From Gnetum montanum (lineage: Eukaryota > Plantae > Gnetophyta), in contig MNCI01002786.1 of NCBI GenBank assembly GCA_015680685.1, forward strand, positions 4,766 to 68,526: a stretch of 63,761 nucleotides of DNA. The letters run 5' to 3'. A model generated the notes under the pieces. It was not told the origin of the DNA and did no database searches. It saw only the letters and a list, made by a program, of their open reading frames with translations. A program made the position numbers and the translations under genes. Below, piece after piece: positions 34,496-47,525 of this stretch (positions are counted from its first letter, which is position 1; every line of letters begins with the position of its first letter).

Positions 34496-37300
34496 ATGGC
34501 CTAGAATAAGAAGGGGCCAAGAACAACCTTAGGAAGAACCACTTACAACCCATGCCATAGGTCCTCTTAGGGAAGAGGCAAAAGTGGAATCTATCTGATA
34601 GATTTCAGAACTAGCAACAATAACAAAACACTTTCATCAGGATGATGCACTAGCACAACCATCAAATCTCAAGATAACCTTGATAGAGGCCTATCTAAAT
34701 CAAATAAAATCAAGAGAGGTCCCAAAATCAGTGCTCTAGGAGTTAAAATTAGGCCCTTTTCTAGAGCATGCACCAAAAGAAGTGTAGGACCAGTTGAAGA
34801 CCTCTTCCATGTGGCCAATCATCACTTTCACTGAGGAGTGGTACATGGGAGAGACATTCCTATTTTGGAACAATAGGCAACCTAGATCAACTATGAAAAT
34901 CAAGGACATCTCAGTGTCCTACTCAGCATAGGCCATTGCTACAGTGCTTGGGTTGCCTAAAATAGGGGCAAACCTTATTGAGATCCCAATGTAGTTAGAT
35001 CCTAGTATTAAGAAAGAATGAATGCAACAATGTTATGGTGTCAGTTGCAAGGAGTTTGATGCACTCACACTAGTAGAGAGGATTCATTATAAGATTGTGG
35101 TCTTCCACCTAAATCCCATAGTGAGGCCAAGCAAAATCATTGTCTTCTTTGCCCAAGCATGCATTACTCTAAGTGGGAGATTCTCGATCAACCTTCCATA
35201 GCTAATTTATCTAGAGATGGAAAAGTAGTTTAAAGAAAATGAACATGGAAGAAAGGCACTCCCCTTTCTATACCTCATCAAGAAACTCTATCGAAGGGAA
35301 GGGATAGTTCGTTACACCAACAACATAGTCAGAACTATTCTAGCCACCAACTGGGTAGAAATGATGAAAGATTACACACCTACAACAACTATCCAAGAAG
35401 AGGAGTAGCAACCACCACCTCCACGTACCACTTAAACAATGATACTAAACATCACTACAACCATCTAATGGTTGCATGAATATCAAGAATGGCTCTTGAA
35501 TGAACAAGAGCAATGAGTAAGCACAAGTGGTAGGGACCCATCCATGTATAGACTAGCAACGAGTCACCTCAATGAGGTGGCCTAAACAATCAGTTTGATG
35601 AATGGAGGTGCATCCATTTTCTTGGTCCAAAGAATGCTACTACTCGCAAGGTTAAATTTAAGTGCCAAAGAGGTCATAGTATCTCTCGCAGAATAATAAA
35701 CACTCTCAAAAATCTCTAGGAACACTACAACCTTCTTAGTGTACTTGGAGGAGGGTGAAGGGGCAACTGTATTAGTGGTGTAGTACCAAGGTAGGAGACA
35801 ATCGCAAAAGTGATCACTGATCATATTGCTGAAACTCTCAATGAACTTGCAGCATATACACTAGACATCACTATACTTAGAGATGTGCATACATCCATAG
35901 GAATCATAAGTATTAGAATAAATGCAACGTAGCATGAGGAACTACTGGATTGACTGGTGGAAACCAGGAAACTACTTTTGAATGTCTTTGACCTTTTGAA
36001 CAACATTACTACAACCCAGTTGGAGTTGCTAGAGGCAAGGGGCAAGAACATAATCTTGGAAGGGATACTTGAAATAACCAAGGAGTGGAATAAATGCTTA
36101 GTTACAGAAGTTCTTGAATTAAGAGCCCAAATTATTGATCCTACATTTCTCAACCCAATACCAACAAGATATGAAGCTATGAAATAGCTTTAGACCAAGG
36201 TCAAAGGAGTTGAGGGTGTAATGGAGATGGTGGTATTCTATTGATCCTTGGTAAAGGCTACATAACATAAGATTCAGAAAGCCTTGGATCAAACCCACCA
36301 AGAGAATATTCAATTGATCATAGAAAATCATTGCATGCAGAATGTTGATAAGCACAAGAAACAATTAACTAATTTTATGCATCAATAATAGGAGCAACTA
36401 GCTAGAGCAAACATAGAACTGAGGAGATTAATAGTAGAGAATAGGAATCTCTCCATGGAGGAGGTGCATGGCCTTCACTAGAAAATTGCTATTTAGTTAG
36501 TAGCCTAGAAATTAGAGGCTCTCAAATTTGAAAGATTCAAGGACCATTACATAGAGTAGGTTGGTCTATGGAAGGAAGTAAATGAAAAACACATTCAGTT
36601 GATGAAGGAAAAAGCAAGTAAAGCCCTCCAGTAACTTCAGCAAGGTAGAAAATTTTGGCAACCCATTATTGATGGGATAGACGCCTACAAAAAAGCTGAA
36701 ATTTGCATGATGGAGTTGCAAATTGAGGAGATGATGGAGTACATGGAGGTTGCCAATCTTTGCTATGTAAACCTGGCCTTGTTAACTACCAGATGGTCAT
36801 AGTTAGAGCTTAAGAAATAGGTGGCTGGCTCATACTTGCTATATGAGGCCAAGTTCAAGCACCACAAGGACACCAAGAATAAGCTTGAAATGGCTAATGC
36901 TAAACTTGAAGTTCTCAAGGCACGATTCACCAATCAATGATTAACTACTGAGAACCTAGCCAAGAGGATGAATGACTACTAGGAGCTATCGAATGCAGTT
37001 ATGGAATTTAACATCGAATGTAAATTATTCACTACCTAGTTTGTCAATGTGAAGGAGATGTTACTAACAATGCCTTGTTTGTGGGATAACCCCATTCATT
37101 GGTGATGTTGCATGGACTATCAGTGATCCCTAGAGTAAGGAGGAGAAGATGAAGGCATTGTTAGATGCCTTTTTCCTTCCACTAGAGGTTGTAGCCACAA
37201 TAGGACAACCATAACTGCCTTAGCTACTACATATGCCTAAAGTTAGTGAAGGTCCTTTAGAGCCTTAGGAGCCACCACTACCTAGGACTATTTGATCTTC
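34496..37300 (+). pseudogene. Extra 3' ORF of A (Athila 'env-like' position) with long helical or coiled-coil region
   Basis: Lies between INT and PPT. Stop-riddled translation WYMGETFLFWNN...IKDISVSYSA*AIATVLGLPKIG resembles Athila second-ORF proteins. E/K/L-rich at 35900-37000. Confidence 0.65.
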
Positions 37301-37529
37301 TCCACTGCCTTCATGTCATCAAAGGAAGTGCCATCCAATTTTTATGTAGTCACATCATGGTGTTCAATTTTGTGTCATGAATACCACATTTTTTGTAATT
37401 TCTTAATTCATACACTTAGGCACTTAGTTTTGTCAAGTCATTTGTTTGTTAAGAGTTAGTCAATAATCCCATACCTTTCCAATTTTATAAAGGAACTAAA
37501 GGATGAGTTTTCATTTAGTTATGGGGGTA

Positions 37530-37669
37530 TGATGAGAATCAAAGTATCATGTTGATGGATCCCAGTTGATGTGACCTTGTCGATGGGGTCCTGTTTAAGT
37601 GGTGTTGCCTCATCGATAGAGCCACATTGATGTAGCATTTACTAAATGATGGGGCCTTGTCGACATAGC
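37530..37669 (+). repeat. 3' LTR of A, first part
   Basis: PPT, then TGATGAG at 37530. Cut by B2 at CGACATAGC. Confidence 0.88.
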
Positions 37670-39415
37670 TATAGTGACTAAAACTTTTGGTGGCTAGAAC
37701 ACTGAGGGGTTCGTGGGTGCATAGCCTCAACCCTACCTTCACGTGAGGGCCTTTACTGGGAAACAAAGGTGAAGTGCCCTAGATGGTCTTGTCGATTGAA
37801 TAGGAACTTTACCGGCTTCAACCAAGGTATTAGGCACAACCAGGGGGTGGCATTGTTAGCTAAAAATGTGAGCATTGATGGTGTTCTCGGTAGTATTAAG
37901 GCCAACTAGGCCTAAGCGTAGTGGGGTCTCACAGCACGAGAATGGTGGTGCAAGTGTGCAAAAAGCATATAAAATAATGAAAAAGTGAAAATGCAGTGCT
38001 GAATGTCAAGGAAAATGCTTAAAATGCAATGGAGAAAATGCTTAAAATGCAATGGAGAAAATGCTTAAAATGCAAAGGAGTTTGGGAGAAAGAAAGAATG
38101 ATACCATCCCAGATGGGGAGTGTAGTAATTACAAATGATCTTTGCAAAGGTATGTGGTGGTATAGAAAAGTGTAGTAGCAGCATAGCCAGAGTCTTTGGG
38201 ATGTCCCAAGGTGAAGACTAATGTCCACTATAAGGTTTGTGCCTACTGGGTTGGTTGCCACAATGTCCTGCAGGCTTGTGGTGCAATGTGGTGCTAAGTG
38301 GGATGCAAAAGGAATTGACAATATGCTGATACACTTTGTTGTATGAGGTGCTCAAGGTGCTTTGGGTGCCAAATGGTGCTCTAAGCTGCTAACTGCCACT
38401 TATATTTGCTTGTCAAATGCTTCAAATGCCCATTGCTAGAATGAATTACCAACCCCTAGAATATGGAATGTGGGGGCATTTATAGACTTAGGATTAGCGT
38501 GAAGTGTGGATCATGTGCTACGTGGAAAAGGGATAGGTGGAAATATGTTGACCTTTGCTATGCTCCTAGTGGGAAAATTAGTGCTACACCCTGGTACACT
38601 CCACTAGATCCTAGGAGACTACCAGACTATGGCTACACTACTAAGACTACATGTGCCAAGATCACAATGTACCTACAAATAGTGCAAAAAAATGTAATTT
38701 AGAGGCTATGCTCCGAGACTACATTCTCCCATCTTTCGGGTGGGATCAAGCGTAGGTACAATTTTGGGACAAAAGGGGAGGTACAAAAAGAGTGCAAGTT
38801 GTTGATCCTACTTACTAAAGGAGTGCTAGAACTAGAATGGGGCCCTATGCTAAGCTCTAGAAACTTTTGGAGGCAATTTTTTGTTGCTATGCTAAATACA
38901 TTTTGGAGCATAGCACAATGGTTGGGCAATTCTTGCAAAAACTAAAGTTCAGTGCTGCTACGCTTACTATGCTAGAGAGCATAGTAGGATGGGATAGAGG
39001 ATAGCATGAATACTTAGAAAAATATGGCAAAAGTTATACTCTTTGTTATTGCTATGCCAACTACACTTGAGAGCATAGCAGAAAGGGTAGCTTTAGAAGT
39101 TAGAAAATCTGCCAAATGCTTCTTCCATTCTGAGCTTGCTTAACAACTTCTGGCTTGACACGTGCAAACTAACCATCAGAGTGTTGCTATGCTTACTATG
39201 TTGGAGAGCATAGCAAGAGGGATGTGAGCATAGCAAGACACTTAGAAAAATTTTTGCATCTACTATTTGACACTTAAAATTTTTTGCAAATTTGGTTCTA
39301 TTACATGCTACACTAGCTACACTCTAGAGCGTAGCCCCAGTCGTGGGATCATGGATTGAACACTTAGACAAATTTTTCCATTGAAGTGCTATTTTGCAAA
39401 TTTTGTGGTGTTTCA
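37670..39415 (-). repeat. 3' LTR of B2
   Basis: TATAG...GTTTCA, homologous to the other B LTRs. Confidence 0.92.
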
Positions 39416-41019
39416 CTAGACCTTATTTGTTGACGTTTGGAGGAGTGGCTTGAGAGATGTCAACAAAGAACCTAAAACACCATAGCAAGCATGGCACCAA
39501 CATTGCTCGTTGATACCTGATCGTATGGTGCTTCACCAGGCTCAAGAGTGCGCTAAAGGAAATGGTATGCTATAGATAGAAAGGGAGGAATGAGATGCAA
39601 ATGATGTATCATGTTGCAAGATGCAAAGTTAGCATGATTGACTATGATCATAACACTAGTGTGGCTTATCACCAAATGATGGCCTCTCATTGACATGCTT
39701 GTGAGAGAGTGTTTGCCCATAGCACTGAAATGGCTTACCTCTAACATGTTAGCCTCTCATCAGAGTACTTATGAGAAGGCTGTTGTGAATCTAGGGTTGG
39801 ACCAGTTGCAAAATTGTAGCTTTGCTAAATTTTTCTTGGGGATAAGTTTTTCCTAAATTTTTTTTTTTTTTTTTTTGCGAAATGCTACCTACAAGATGCT
39901 TATCATTGAGTGAATTGTGTGCCACTTGATGGGCTTTACTTAGAGGCAACCATGTCACATCTACAAAAGAGGTGTTTCCTCCTTGATATGACTTATGCTA
40001 TATTTGTTTGGGCTTTGACTAGCCCATAGAGGCTCCCCATGGGATGAGTTACGTTACTTCCATCATGGGTTCTAAAGTTGACTAAAAGAAGGATGTCATA
40101 CACATCAGAGAAGCTTGCAGAGAAATCTAGGAAATGCAAGGTAAAAAGGAAAATGCAAGTGGGTTATAGTAAGGTGATAGGGATCTACACTCTTGACTGT
40201 CTTGGTGAGCCCAACCAAGCATGTTGGAGTAATTTGGTGCCTTGCCGTTGCGATAAACCATGCCTTCAAACAACCACCTCCAAGGCTTCATCCTACAAAC
40301 ACAATGTAGAGGAAACAAGAAAAAAACCATACAACATGAGAGATAAAAGAAAATTGCTAGTTACGAGGGTGCTACAAGTGTCATGAGTGATGGACCTATT
40401 GTAAGAGCTTACAGTGCCAAAGCAAGAAGGCTAGTGTAGATGCCAAAGCTAGAAGGTGGTAAAAGCTCCAACAACCACACTAGAAGCAAGCACCTAAGGA
40501 AGGCCAACAAGGTGGTAGAAGGTAATGGTGATGTAGGTGCTCAAGAATCCACATGAAGGACAAGAGCTTAAAAATATAGTAGGACAGCGGGGAGTCATGA
40601 TGCTAGACACACTTCCAAGCCTAGGCAATGGTGAGGGTTGGAGGATGGTAGTGCTGTGGCTAGGCCACAACACTACTATGAATCCAAAAAGTGGTGCTAA
40701 TAGTGAGAGCCCCAATCACAAATAAAACACCCAAGGACAACAATGCTATTTACATAGCCTAAGGATGGTGCTATTGGCAATGGTTATGGTAGCTCCAAAA
40801 GGTCAGCAAAATGCCCAAGGGCATCTCTAGAGGATCAGTAAAATGTCGAGGGTAGTGACATTATAAATGTTCCAAAGGCTTTATCTTGATGACGTGAACT
40901 CCATTCTAGAACAACAATGTCCCACCCCACCTAACCCATCAAGGCATGGGTAATTGATGAAATATGGGAAGTATTTGTCCTTGCTTGTCCACAAAATTAT
41001 GGATGTTAAGTCATGTGTG

Positions 41020-41430
41020 CTGAACTATGAACCTAGTTTACAGTCCTGGTAGACCACATGCTATGCTAGCTTAAGGTCCTAGCAAACTACAAACCTTGTT
41101 TAAGGTCCTAGTAGACCATTATATGATAGTTTACAGTCCTAACAGACTACTGTGTGCTAGTTTGACATCGTAGCAAATGGTGGATGTTGTGCCAATTTAA
41201 AGTTAGGACACAAGAAAAACTATGCCAGTTGATAGTCATAGCAAACTATCTATGGATGATAGTTTAATGTCATAGCCCAAAGATGAGTTTTTCCAGTTTA
41301 AAGTCATAGTGGACTTGTTGTGCTAGTTTAACATCATAGCCCTGTGCAAATTTAATGTCATGGCGGATGCTCTATGCCAGTTTATAGTCATAGCAGACTA
41401 TGTTGTGCTAGTTTGTAGTCATAGTAGACT
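41020..41430. repeat. Tandem motif array downstream of integrase (B2)
   Basis: Repeated GC(T/C)AGTTTA..GTC(A/C)TAG core, as at 6720-7160. Confidence 0.88.
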
Positions 41431-41469
41431 CTCGCTTACCTTGCTTTGTCATTGATGCAACATTGTGTG

Positions 41470-44400
41470 TTAGGCATAATACAAATTTAGGTACGAATGA
41501 TTGATCAAGTTGGCAAACTCATTACCATCTAGATTAGTGAGCTTGAATGCTCCATTATTATAGGAATTGGTGACCAAGAAAGGCCCTTCCCAATTGGCTG
41601 AGAATTTGTCCATGTGTTTGCAAATGGCCTTGAGGACTAGGTCCCCTTCCTTGATCTAGCACTAGTGCTAATTATGATAGTTCTCTTGCCATTGCTTCTC
41701 TTGATACCGTTCAATGCAATTAAGCATCTGCATGTGCTCCTTCTCTATAGAGTTGAGGTCAATGGCTCTCGACTCATCCTTTTGAACCTCATCGATGAAG
41801 CTTGAGAGGATCACATAGAGTGATGAGACCTACAATTCAAGAGGCTAAATCACTTTAGATCCATATAAAAGGTTATATGGCATCTTACCTATTGTTGTTC
41901 TGTGTGTTGTGTGGTAGGCCCATAGTGTGTAGACCAACTACTTGTACCATCATCATTTACTACTACTAAGAATTTTCTTCATAAGGTTGATGATGATATT
42001 ATTTGTGGCCTCTGCCTAGCCATTCGCCTATGGGTAGTATGGTGACGAGAAGGAATGCTTAATGCCAAGGTGTTTGTAGAAGGCTTTGGTTTCTACATTG
42101 CTAAACTATGGCCTATTGTCTATGACTAGGGTCATGGATAGAACAAATCAAATCACTATATTGTCAAGAATGAATTTTCAAACCTATTGTGATGTGGTCC
42201 TCCTAAGGAAAATGGCTTCAACCCACTTGGTAAAATATTTAGTTGTGGTTATGATGAAGCTATGTCCTGTAAAGGAATCAAGCATGATGGACCCTATGAT
42301 ATCCAACCCCCAACATTGGAATGCCACATGATCTACATGGTGTGCAGTTTAATGGGTGGAACATGCATTAAGTTATCATATCGTTGACACATGTCACATG
42401 TCTTGACCTTGGAAATTCAATTGTGCTCCATGTAAGGCCAATAGTAGCCTAAGCATATGATTTTCAATGTCATTGCCCTGGGTGCTATGTGGTCTTTGCA
42501 CATTCCCTAGTGGACTTGATTAACAATTGTTTGTGCTTCACCATCACTATCACAGGTTAATAGCATGCCATTGTAGGATCTATGAAATAGTGTGCTATCA
42601 CCTACAATGATGTACTTCCATGATCATTTTTTCACTACATCCTTTCGGGCAGTGGTCAGATGTTGCGAAGGCTTACCCTATTGAAGGTGTGTCATAATGT
42701 CATCATACCACTCTTGCATATGAACCATGCTTACTATGGCTATGGATGCAATGTTAATTACTTGCTTGATGGGCTTAGTGCAATCTATTATTAAACTGGG
42801 CAAGGCATGAAACATGTTGGGTGCAATGGTTAAGGCTAATGTTGCTAACACGTCGGTAATGGTATTGTCGTTGCAGGGGATGTGTTCGATATCTATAGTT
42901 GCAAAATATCGGAGTAAGTGCTTCACCAAGTCACAATAAGGTTGTAAATCTTATGCTTTACAAGCGTAAACCTCTATAACTTAGTTGATGACTAACTACG
43001 AATCACCTCGAATTACTAGGTTTCAAATTCCTATGTCATAGGCTACTATAAGACCTCTAAGGATACCTTCATACTCCACCATGTTGTTAGTGCAAGGAAA
43101 TGTAAAATGATAAGCAAAAGGTTGAATATCCCTAGAGGGAACCATGATTATGGTAGTGGCACTACCTCCTTGAGAGGTTGAAGCACCATCAAAGTGTAAA
43201 ATTACCTTAAAGTTAGCAGGCACTTAATTATACTGCTAACATGCTTATCTAGGAATTTTCGATCTATAGTTGTTTGATCATTTATTGGTAAGCCATGAGT
43301 TGTGCATCTATTGCTTGACTTTTGGTTGATGTTTGTGCTATGTAGTGTAGGTCAAAATCTGTTGTTATTGCTTTCCATCATGCAATTTGACTACTTTTGT
43401 AAATGTTTATGGGGATTGCCCAGAGTACATTGCTTTTGTAGATGACATTTACCTGGCTATAATGCCTCCACTTCTTAAGTGGAAAGACTAAGGCAAGATA
43501 ATTCTTTTCCACATAATTATATTTTACTTCATGGGCTACTAATGCATGGATTAGGTAGTACATAGGGATCTCTAAGCCATCGTCTCACTTTTGGCAAAGT
43601 AGAGAAGTGATGCACATGTCAGAAGTTGCAAGGTAAATATAAAAAGGTTTATCTCCTTATAGAGGATAAACTATTGGAAGCTAAGCTAGCTCCTATTTGA
43701 GGTTGTCAACTGCCTCTTGGCATTGTGCTATCCACTTGAAGTGGACCTCTTTTTTGAGAAAATGTTGCATTGTCATAGCTTATTAGTCAACCATGTGATA
43801 AACCAATGTATGAATTATAGTTTTCCTTGTAACACACGTAGCTCCTTAAGGTTAGTTGGTAGTGCTAAGTTGATGATGGCCTTAACCTTATCAGGTTCTA
43901 CATGTATGCCTATTTCTAATACCATGAAACCTAGCATGCAACCCATCGTAACATTGAAGACACACTTCATAGGATTCAGCCTAAGGTCATGTCTAAGGCA
44001 GCATTTGAGTGCATGGTCTAACTCATTTACATGATTGTTTGCCATTTTGTACTTAACTACTATGTCATCAATGTAGTCATTCACCAAGTCTAACAAGCAG
44101 TCACTAAAGATGTATGTCATTGCATGTTGGTAGGTTGCTTTTACATACTTTAGTTCAAAAGGCATTATTATGTAGCAAAATGTACCCCAGGGGGTCATGA
44201 AGGTGGTACTGAGCTAGTGCTTTAGACTGATTTAAATTTGGTTGTAACCAGAGAACCCATCCATAAAGAACAACAAAGCATGACCAACTGTGGTATCAAT
44301 CAATTGATCGATACTAGGAAATGGAAATTCATCTTTAATGGTTGCCTTGTTCAGGTCCTAGAAGTTTATGAAAATGTGTGTGCTTCCATTTTTCTTAGGT

Positions 44401-44919
44401 ACAACTATGATGTTTGAGATCCAATCTGCATAGTCAATGGCCTGAATGAAACTAGCCTTGTAAAGCTTGGTGATTTCATTGTAGACTACCAATGCCACCT
44501 TACAATGATTTTTGTTTAATTAGTTTTATGCAGGAATTGAGGATGATGTTATGTTACACTATGTGAGGATCTAGGCTTGGCATGTCCTTATAGAACCATG
44601 AAAATTCCTTGATGTTTTCATTGAGTGTCTTTGCGATGCTTTGGGCATGTTGAGGCTCTAACAAGGAACTAAGTTTTAGTGTTTTCACCTTATCTCTAAG
44701 TGTCACTACAAGAACTTCAATGAGGGAATCCTTGGTGACATCACCTACCTCTAGATCAAAAGCCCTAATGAGGGAATGTTATGTAGTCATCACGGGTCAT
44801 GGGCTCAAGGTCTAGGTGTTGGGGATTGATGCATCAGATGAGGTCACTATGAGATTTAGTGAGAACCAAAGGTGAATGAAGAGACTCGTGTGCACTCATG
44901 CTGTGATCTGTCACATATC
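41470..44919 (-). pseudogene. pol: pol of B2: RT, RH, aRH, INT
   Basis: TPWGTFCYIIMPFELK..ATYQ..DYIDDIVVK (RT), YYLIH..YNYVEK (RH), LHFDGAS..FPCTNNMVEYE and EHIPCNDNTITDVLA (aRH), then INT. Confidence 0.93.
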
Positions 44920-44989
44920 CTACAAAATAACCAAAAAGAATGTGAAGCCACACCTATAGGTAAGTGTGTGAGCTGGTTTTTTGCCTCAG

Positions 44990-45095
44990 TAGGCCATGGA
45001 TTGCTAGTTTAAGATCTTAGCAGACTATGATTTACTAGTTTGAGGTCTTAGTAGATTGTGAATTACCAGTTTAAGGTCTTAGCAGATTGTGGTTT
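44990..45095. repeat. 31-bp tandem array (B2)
   Basis: About three copies of CTAGTTTAAGGTCTTAGCAGA. Confidence 0.85.
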
Positions 45096-47525
45096 GTGTA
45101 AGGTGAGTTAGTTCAAGCTAGGAAAAGACCATTTAGATCGTGGGATTGGGCTAGACAATCACTGGGCAACCAAAAAAATCCTAGAAATTTTCAAAGTCTA
45201 GAATTATTAGAAAAAAGTTTAAAAAATTTTCTAACTTTGGCCACTATGCTCACCCCTTGTTACACTCGCCCCTTCTTGCTATGCTCCATAAGAAACTTAG
45301 GAAAATTTGCCTAAGTATGGAAGTGCTAGTGTAGTAGGTGGCACATTTAATTACCCTAGGAGGATATATATGCACAATTTACCAAAGGTAAACTATCATT
45401 TTCCAATGCAAAAAAAATAAACCACCAAGCGTAGTGTGGTCAGAGTGAGGTGTGGAGCCCAGAGCGTAGCAAGATAGATGAAGTGCCAGAGCGTAGCACT
45501 AGGATGATACGCTGCAATGACCATTGATACCCTAGACTCAATAACATAGAATAGGGGAGATGAGTCCTAGAATGCCTACCATGAGCTCAAGTGGAAGAGA
45601 GGAGAGCATCACTATCTACTAGGTACACATGCTATGCTCACCCTTTTATAGTCATTTGTTGTTCCTTTGCGTTCTAGCTTCCTTTTTTGCCTAGCATTAT
45701 GGTTTGGGTCTTGGGACGACTTGCCTAGGTAGGTACCGTCACTACCTTGGCCACCTTGGTAACCATGGGCAAGGATAGAAGAAGCATGCATGGGTTGAGT
45801 CTACATTTTTTATTTTCTTTTTGGTTATCTGTGTCTAATGGGACAAGGGGCCATACATGATTGATGGGATTTGAGAAGGTTTTAGTGCATAGGACGAGGG
45901 ACCAGGGAGAGAATGTGGATTTCATTCCTCCATTTACATGGCCATGGCTCCTTGGGAGAGAGGGTTTTCTTGTTCATAGCTACACAAGGCTAGGGACCCT
46001 AGGTCTTGGGTGATGGCTACTAGTATGATGGGTTAGGCATGGCGATGTGTGAAGCAAAGGGTTCATCCCTTACCGTGCTTCTATTCATGTGGTTAAGCAT
46101 AGCATGTGGATGGGTGAAGTGAAAAGGGGATTGAGGTAGGGAACTACATGGGACAAAGATTCATGAATGTCATGGTGCATATAGGAAATGTGTAGGGACA
46201 GCTACCAGAGCAAGGAGAGGGCCAACGACAAAGCCATGGGGACGATGGCCATGGAAAGGGGGTAGATGGGGATGAGGGAACCACCAAGTTTCCTGCCTTG
46301 GCACATGCCATCAGTGCTTGATGGCATGAAAAAAAGGGGAAAAATGCCCAAGATAATGGGATGTGATAGCGGGAGTAATGGCCTATTCCTTTTCTATTGC
46401 TCTTTGCAAAATTATGCCCTAGATCCTATACTTTGTAGGAAGCATAGCTAGCACTTTGGCTGATTTGAGTGAAATGAGGTGCTACACTCTCAATAGTTAG
46501 TTTTTTTTACATAGGTCATGTTTTCAAAGAGGGACAACCTAGAGTTAGAATTGTTTTAAGCATTCTAGACCACCTCGCCTAGAGTTAGAGAAATTGAAAG
46601 GATTTGCCAAATGAAAAAGGTAAAAAAGTGCCAAGCTATAACAAAATGCTAAATGCTAATATTCCATATGAAAGAAAAATGTCAAATGCACCAAAGCTTT
46701 CCAAAATGCCAAATTTACAAATTGATGGTGTAGAACCATCAAAACATGTAAAACAAGACAAAGTTAATCATGCAAGTGTAAACCAAAACGTGGTATTGTA
46801 CCCCAATGAGCACTAGGCATGCCAAATAGGTATTGACATCCTATACTCTTGGGACTACATGGGGACCCTAAGGATATATTTCTAAGTTATGCTATTGTAA
46901 GTTAAGTTAGATAATTTTGCTAAGTGTGAGGTAATATTTTATGCCAAAATGCCATCTATCGTATGCTAATGCTACATCCGTTTGTTGTTTTGTAATTGCA
47001 AGGTGCTACTAAAACCTATCTTAATGCTTGTAGAGCTCATTGGCATCCTATCTTGCATCAGCCAACCTGTACCCAACATGCCTACATCCAACATGAAGTT
47101 GGACCATCAGGTGGTGTGGTTTCGGCCAAGAGCAAGAAAATTTCTAGCTTACCTATTGTAGCACTTTAGTGTGATCAAGTGGTCACACTTGGTAGTGGAG
47201 GCTACAAGTACCATCATCAAGACATTGTTGGCTAAGACAAACCAAGACATATTACGATTCATGTCCAATGAACCTGTGATTGGTGGTGATCAAGCAATTG
47301 GCTGGAGACTAGGCCCTAGGAGTGTTCTTCCCTTAGCCAGGATTTGGAGCATGTCGAAATTCTCTTGTTATAGTAAGAGAAATGCCCTTTTCATTTCCAT
47401 GTGCATGCATACAATCTTCTAAAATCCATGTGAAGTTGTATATTATGTTAGACGGTAAGTGCTATTGCTTTTCATTATATCTCACTCTTATTAGCCATGC
47501 TAGATTTGCTAATTGCTCACTATGG

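Noticed and set aside
38463-38702. 79-aa ORF open in both B2 LTRs (also 56260-56499)
   Set aside because: The LTRs were identical at insertion, the frame is closed in both B1 LTRs, and it overlaps the minus-strand TATA region.
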